This document shows, piece by piece, positions 60,346-64,000 of a DNA stretch of 64,000 nucleotides. Source of the stretch: Gammaproteobacteria bacterium. Its GTDB lineage: Bacteria > Pseudomonadota > Gammaproteobacteria > Natronospirales > REEB76. The notes under the pieces were generated by a model. It ran no database searches, was not told the origin of the DNA, and worked only from the letters and a program-made list of their open reading frames with translations. Position 1 is the stretch's first letter, and each line of letters starts with the position of its first letter. The stretch lies in assembly GCA_049698775.1 (NCBI GenBank), contig JBAVYM010000049.1:41958-105957 (forward strand). Direction: 5' to 3'. The position numbers were made by a program, and so were the translations under genes.

Positions 60346-61143
60346 TTACTTCTTGTCCTTGCCCTTCTCGGCAGGAGCGGCCTTGCCCTTGTCGGCAGCG
60401 GCAGCCGGCTTGCCTGCGGGTGCCGCCTTGCCGGCCGCGGTCGCTTTGGGGTCTGCCGCGGGTGTCTTGCCATCGGCAGCAGGAGCAGCCGCGCCCTCCG
60501 CCGGTGCAGCGGCGCCCTCTGCTGGAACCACGGCTGCGGCCACCGGCTCTTCCTCAACGGTAATGCGCGGATGATGCACCGCCACCACCGGCAGGTCATG
60601 CTCCTCACCGTAAGCCAGTTGCACGATGCGCACGCCCTCGGGAAGTTTCAGATCAGAAAGGTGTAAAGCGTGGTTGAGTTCCAGGTTGGTAACGTCCACG
60701 TCAATGTACTCGGGTAGATAACGCGGCAGACAGGCGATTTCCACCTCGATCAGGTTGCGCGACACCACGCCGCCCTGCTGCTTGACGCCGATGGCTTCCT
60801 TCTCGCCCAGGAAGTGCAGCGGCACGTGCACGTGAATCTCCACGTCGTCTTTCACGCGCAACAAGTCCAGATGCATGATGATTGGTTTCGCGGGATGACG
60901 CTGCAGATCCTTCACGATAGCCTGATGCTGCTCGTTGCCGACCTTGATCTTGAGGACGTGCGAATAGAACGCCTCATACGCAAGGCCGTTGCGCAGTTCG
61001 TTATGATCGAACGCCAGTTCCACCGGCGGTTCGCCGGCTCCATAAAGAATGCCCGGCACCTTGCCCGTACGACGCAGGCGGCGGCTCGCACCTTTCCCCT
61101 TGTCGTTGCGGACCTCGGCGCTCAGATTGAAGCTGATAGCCAT
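60346..61143 (-). CDS. rplY: 50S ribosomal protein L25 / general stress protein Ctc, with a 69-aa Ala/Pro/Lys-rich tail
   Basis: 265 aa with an L25/Ctc N-terminal and middle domain (GKGASRRLRRTGKVPGILYG). The tail at 60349..60555 contains the tandem PAEGAAA PAEGAAA. Confidence 0.9.
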   Translation of the reverse strand: MAISFNLSAEVRNDKGKGASRRLRRTGKVPGILYGAGEPPVELAFDHNELRNGLAYEAFYSHVLKIKVGNEQHQAIVKDLQRHPAKPIIMHLDLLRVKDDVEIHVHVPLHFLGEKEAIGVKQQGGVVSRNLIEVEIACLPRYLPEYIDVDVTNLELNHALHLSDLKLPEGVRIVQLAYGEEHDLPVVAVHHPRITVEEEPVAAAVVPAEGAAAPAEGAAAPAADGKTPAADPKATAAGKAAPAGKPAAAADKGKAAPAEKGKDKK

Positions 61144-61325
61144 GTCTCATTACTCCAGTTGCGTTTAACATACGCCTCCCCGCGACCAGGAGAGGCTCCA
61201 AGGCCCGCAAAGCGGGCCGGTGAAGGGTAAGGCCGGCAGCTACGCCACCTGTGAGGGTGAGGGAAAAAACGATTGGTATCGTCCGGCTTTTCTTAATCCT
61301 CACTCCCTCACTCCTCACCTCCTCA

Positions 61326-62279
61326 CTAATCTATATACAGCGACGACACCGATTCTTCATCGCTCACGCGGCGCATGGTTTCCGCCAGCAGTTGCGCGAT
61401 ACTCAGTTGCCGGATCTTGCGGCAAGCCTGGGCCTCGTCACGCAGCGGTATGGTGTCGGTGACCACCAGTTCGTCCAGCATCGAACCCTCGATATTTTCG
61501 ATGGCCTTGCCGGACAGTACCGGATGGGTGATGTACGCCATCACCTTCGCCGCACCCTGCTCTTTCAGCGCTTGCGCCGCCAGACACAAAGTGCCCGCGG
61601 TATCCACCAGATCGTCCACAATCACACAGGTCTTGCCCTTGACCTCGCCGATGATATTCATCACCTGCGCTTCGTTGGGGCGCGGCCGGCGCTTGTCTAT
61701 GATGGCCAAGTCCGCATCATCCAGACGTTTGGCCAGCGCCCTTGCTCTCACTACGCCGCCCACGTCGGGCGACACCACGATCAGGTTCTTGAATTTCTGC
61801 TTCCACACATCGCCCAGCAACACCGGCGACGCATACACATTGTCCACCGGGATGTCGAAGAATCCCTGGATCTGGTCGGCGTGCAAATCCACCGTGAGCA
61901 CGCGGTTCACACCCGCGGACACCACCATATTGGCTACCAGCTTCGCGGTGATCGGCACACGTGCGGCGCGCTGGCGCCGGTCCTGGCGCGCGTAGCCGAA
62001 ATACGGCACCACCGCGGTGATGCGCGAAGCCGAAGCGCGCCGCAACGCATCCGCCACCACCAGCAACTCCATGAGGTTGTCGTTGGTGGGCGGACAGGTG
62101 GACTGCACGATGAACACGTCGCGGCCGCGCACGTTTTCCATCAGTTCCACCGCCACTTCGCCGTCACTGAAGCGCGCCACCTGCGCCTTGCCCAAGGACA
62201 AATGCAGGTGGTTGGTGATACGGCCGGCCAATTGCGGGTTGGCGTTGCCCGCGAACACCATCATACTGCCTGCTGACAT
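61326..62279 (-). CDS. prs: ribose-phosphate pyrophosphokinase
   Basis: 317 aa with [11 protein letters not shown] and [17 protein letters not shown] motifs. Confidence 0.95.
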   Translation of the reverse strand: MSAGSMMVFAGNANPQLAGRITNHLHLSLGKAQVARFSDGEVAVELMENVRGRDVFIVQSTCPPTNDNLMELLVVADALRRASASRITAVVPYFGYARQDRRQRAARVPITAKLVANMVVSAGVNRVLTVDLHADQIQGFFDIPVDNVYASPVLLGDVWKQKFKNLIVVSPDVGGVVRARALAKRLDDADLAIIDKRRPRPNEAQVMNIIGEVKGKTCVIVDDLVDTAGTLCLAAQALKEQGAAKVMAYITHPVLSGKAIENIEGSMLDELVVTDTIPLRDEAQACRKIRQLSIAQLLAETMRRVSDEESVSSLYID

Positions 62280-62342
62280 GCTGGCCTCGCTCGTCTGTCG
62301 TGGTCTTCACACCGGAATGCGCAACGCATCCCGAAATCTGTT

Positions 62343-62416
62343 TGGCTGGGGCGCCAGGGATCGAACCTGGGATGGCGGGATCAAAACCCGCTGCCTTACC
62401 GCTTGGCTACGCCCCA
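62343..62416 (-). tRNA. tRNA-Gln (anticodon TTG)
   Basis: The reverse complement TGGGGCGTAGCCAAGCGGTAAGGCAGCGGGTTTTGATCCCGCCATCCCAGGTTCGATCCCTGGCGCCCCAGCCA closely resembles E. coli tRNA-Gln. Confidence 0.9.
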
Positions 62417-63279
62417 TCATCAACGGGTGGTTCCGCCGCCAGCCTGTCGAGCAAGGGCGAGCGGTTGCGCCCCGGGGTGACGAATCCCCGCCAGTCTTGA
62501 GGTAAGTCCGCCAGCGCGCGCCGTGCCTCGGCTTCCTGCTCAAAGCCGGCAAACACACAGGCGCCGGAGCCGGTCAGCCGCGCTGGAGCCTTTTGGCCCA
62601 GCCAATCCAAGGCTTCGGCCACCGCCGGATAGCGTTTGCGCACCACCGGCTCGAAGTCATTGCGGCCTTCGCCCGCGAAAAAGCGCGCTATTGTGATTGG
62701 AGCTGAATTTCGTGTCAAATCAGCGGTCTGGAATATCTCGCGGGTACTGATTTCGCAGGCCGGTTGCAGCACCAGATACCAAGGTTGTGGCAGAGCCATC
62801 GGCGTCAGGATTTCACCAACGCCTTGGGCCCAGGCTGCCTGGCCGTGGACGAACACCGGCACATCCGCGCCCAGTTCCAGACCCAAGCGGGCCAGTTCGG
62901 AAACGGTCAGTCCCACATTCCAAAGACGGTTGAGCGCCACCAGCGTGGTGGCAGCATCGGAACTGCCGCCGCCCAAACCCGCCTGGCGCGGCAGACGTTT
63001 GTGCAGATGAATCTCTACGCCAAGATGCGAATCGGCACGTTGCCGTAGCAGATGCGCCGCGCGCACCACAAGATCGTCCTGTTCGGGAATCTCGGTGGGT
63101 CCCGCCGGCCGCGTGATGCGGTCATCGTCGCGCAGTGTGAAATCCAGTGTGTCGCTGTAATCCAGGAACTGAAACAAAGTCTGCAACAGATGATAACCGT
63201 CGCCGCGCCGACCGGTGATGTGCAGGAACAGATTGAGTTTCGCAGGCGCAGGCCAGTTGCGGCTTGTGGAAAAACTCAT
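62407..63279 (-). CDS. ispE: 4-diphosphocytidyl-2-C-methyl-D-erythritol kinase
   Basis: ORF 62407..63324. Start MSFSTSRNWPAPAKLNLFLHITGRR at 63279 overlaps the lolB stop as ATGA. GHMP kinase motif GLGGGSSDAA. Confidence 0.92.
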   Translation of the reverse strand: MSFSTSRNWPAPAKLNLFLHITGRRGDGYHLLQTLFQFLDYSDTLDFTLRDDDRITRPAGPTEIPEQDDLVVRAAHLLRQRADSHLGVEIHLHKRLPRQAGLGGGSSDAATTLVALNRLWNVGLTVSELARLGLELGADVPVFVHGQAAWAQGVGEILTPMALPQPWYLVLQPACEISTREIFQTADLTRNSAPITIARFFAGEGRNDFEPVVRKRYPAVAEALDWLGQKAPARLTGSGACVFAGFEQEAEARRALADLPQDWRGFVTPGRNRSPLLDRLAAEPPVDDGA

Positions 63280-63905
63280 TGCGCGTTTGAAAGTGTGTTG
63301 CTGATGGCGGGCCCCACCTGCCACTCGTTGATGGCCACCTTGATGCGCACCGGGTCGCGCCGGATCAGCAGGCGCGTGGGCAAATCATAGGCGCCGAACT
63401 CCGCGTAATCCTGATAATCCACTCGCCAGCCGCGCTGCACCAGCATAACCAACTGTCCGCGCGCGTCCACGGCTTTGGTGAACGGTAGATTTGGATCGGG
63501 CAAGCCCACCATCCAATAGCGCATGCTCAACACCGGCAAAGGTACGTGCAGGCGTTCGGCGAAATCCCGTTCCGGATCGGAGGTGATGAAATCGTCGCCG
63601 CGCGAACTGCGCACCCACAATATGCCGGAATCGCCGCGCACTTCCAGCGTACCGGCGCCGAATGGACCGCGAAAATTGAACGCGAGCTTATCGCCCTGCT
63701 GGGTCCAGTCCATGGAACCACTCCCGCCGTTCTTGGCCGTGACGATGCCGATGCGGCCCTGCAATTCCCAGTCCGCAAGCTTTACCAGTTGCGCGCGTCG
63801 CACCTGCCAGGCGTTTTCGTTGGGTGGACCCACGGGTGCGGTACCCGGCACGCTCGCACAACCGGTCAGTAGCGTGGCGGCCAGATACCAGCCACGTAAT
63901 CTCAT
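63276..63905 (-). CDS. lolB: outer-membrane lipoprotein LolB
   Basis: 209 aa with lipobox LLTGC and W..R...L..L..WELQGRIGI typical of LolB. Conserved lolB-ispE linkage. Confidence 0.88.
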   Translation of the reverse strand: MRLRGWYLAATLLTGCASVPGTAPVGPPNENAWQVRRAQLVKLADWELQGRIGIVTAKNGGSGSMDWTQQGDKLAFNFRGPFGAGTLEVRGDSGILWVRSSRGDDFITSDPERDFAERLHVPLPVLSMRYWMVGLPDPNLPFTKAVDARGQLVMLVQRGWRVDYQDYAEFGAYDLPTRLLIRRDPVRIKVAINEWQVGPAISNTLSNAQ

Positions 63906-64000
63906 GGCGAGAACCGTGAACTGAGTTTGAGCAATGCCTGATCACCGGGATATTGCTTGAGCGCGGCGCTCCAGACCTGATGCGCTTCCTGTTTGTCACC
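63902..64000 (-). CDS. C-terminal 32 codons of an upstream gene (probably the TPR protein commonly found upstream of lolB); runs off the window
   Basis: Hand translation gives ...GDKQEAHQVWSAALKQYPGDQALLKLSSRFSP*. The stop overlaps the lolB ATG (ATGA). Confidence 0.4.
   Translation of the reverse strand, partial: GDKQEAHQVWSAALKQYPGDQALLKLSSRFSP

Noticed and set aside
61251-62276. 341-aa plus-strand ORF; also 48423..49430 (-), 21226..22188 (+) and 22427..23368 (+)
   Set aside because: These are antisense to prs, gshA, the ArsB/NhaD-family permease and the AidB-like dehydrogenase respectively. Each has biased, His/Arg-rich composition.

Overview
This 64-kb window comes from a high-GC proteobacterial chromosome. 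Hand-sampled lines give about 60-65% GC, and the gene order looks gammaproteobacterial. The housekeeping backbone is pxpC-B-A, hutU, purL, tRNA-Ser, tadA, guaB-guaA, xseA, a metX-like gene, gshA, and ychF-pth-rplY-prs-tRNA-Gln-ispE-lolB. Four accessory segments interrupt it. (1) Positions 3.4-8.4 kb hold two tandem pairs of a BlaI-type repressor and an M56 (BlaR1-like) membrane protease fused to a TonB C-terminal domain. A divergent lipoprotein gene sits upstream, with a compact back-to-back promoter/operator. (2) Positions 24.2-48.5 kb hold three head-to-tail paralogous type IV pilus tip/priming cassettes in the order (fimT)-fimU-pilV-pilW-pilX-pilY1-small secreted ORF-pilE. Together they encode 15 class-III-signal pilin-like proteins and three large PilY1 adhesins. 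The pilE copies are nearly identical, while the rest of the cassettes have diverged. This array is the most unusual system in the window. (3) A REP-associated tyrosine transposase (RAYT) at 50.4 kb is flanked by REPs. The same GTAGGAGCGGCG-type REPs occur at four other intergenic sites. (4) A tRNA-Met at 58.4 kb is preceded by several partial copies of its 3' end, which look like decayed integration scars. The proximal 2.4-kb islet carries a truncated integrase, an IS3 orfA remnant, and an AT-richer two-gene cassette. That cassette encodes a protein with an Rx5H HEPN-like motif and a single-pass membrane protein, and is a candidate defence or abortive-infection module. I found no rRNA genes and no CRISPR array. 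Many long ORFs in the track are antisense or alternate-frame artefacts of high GC content.
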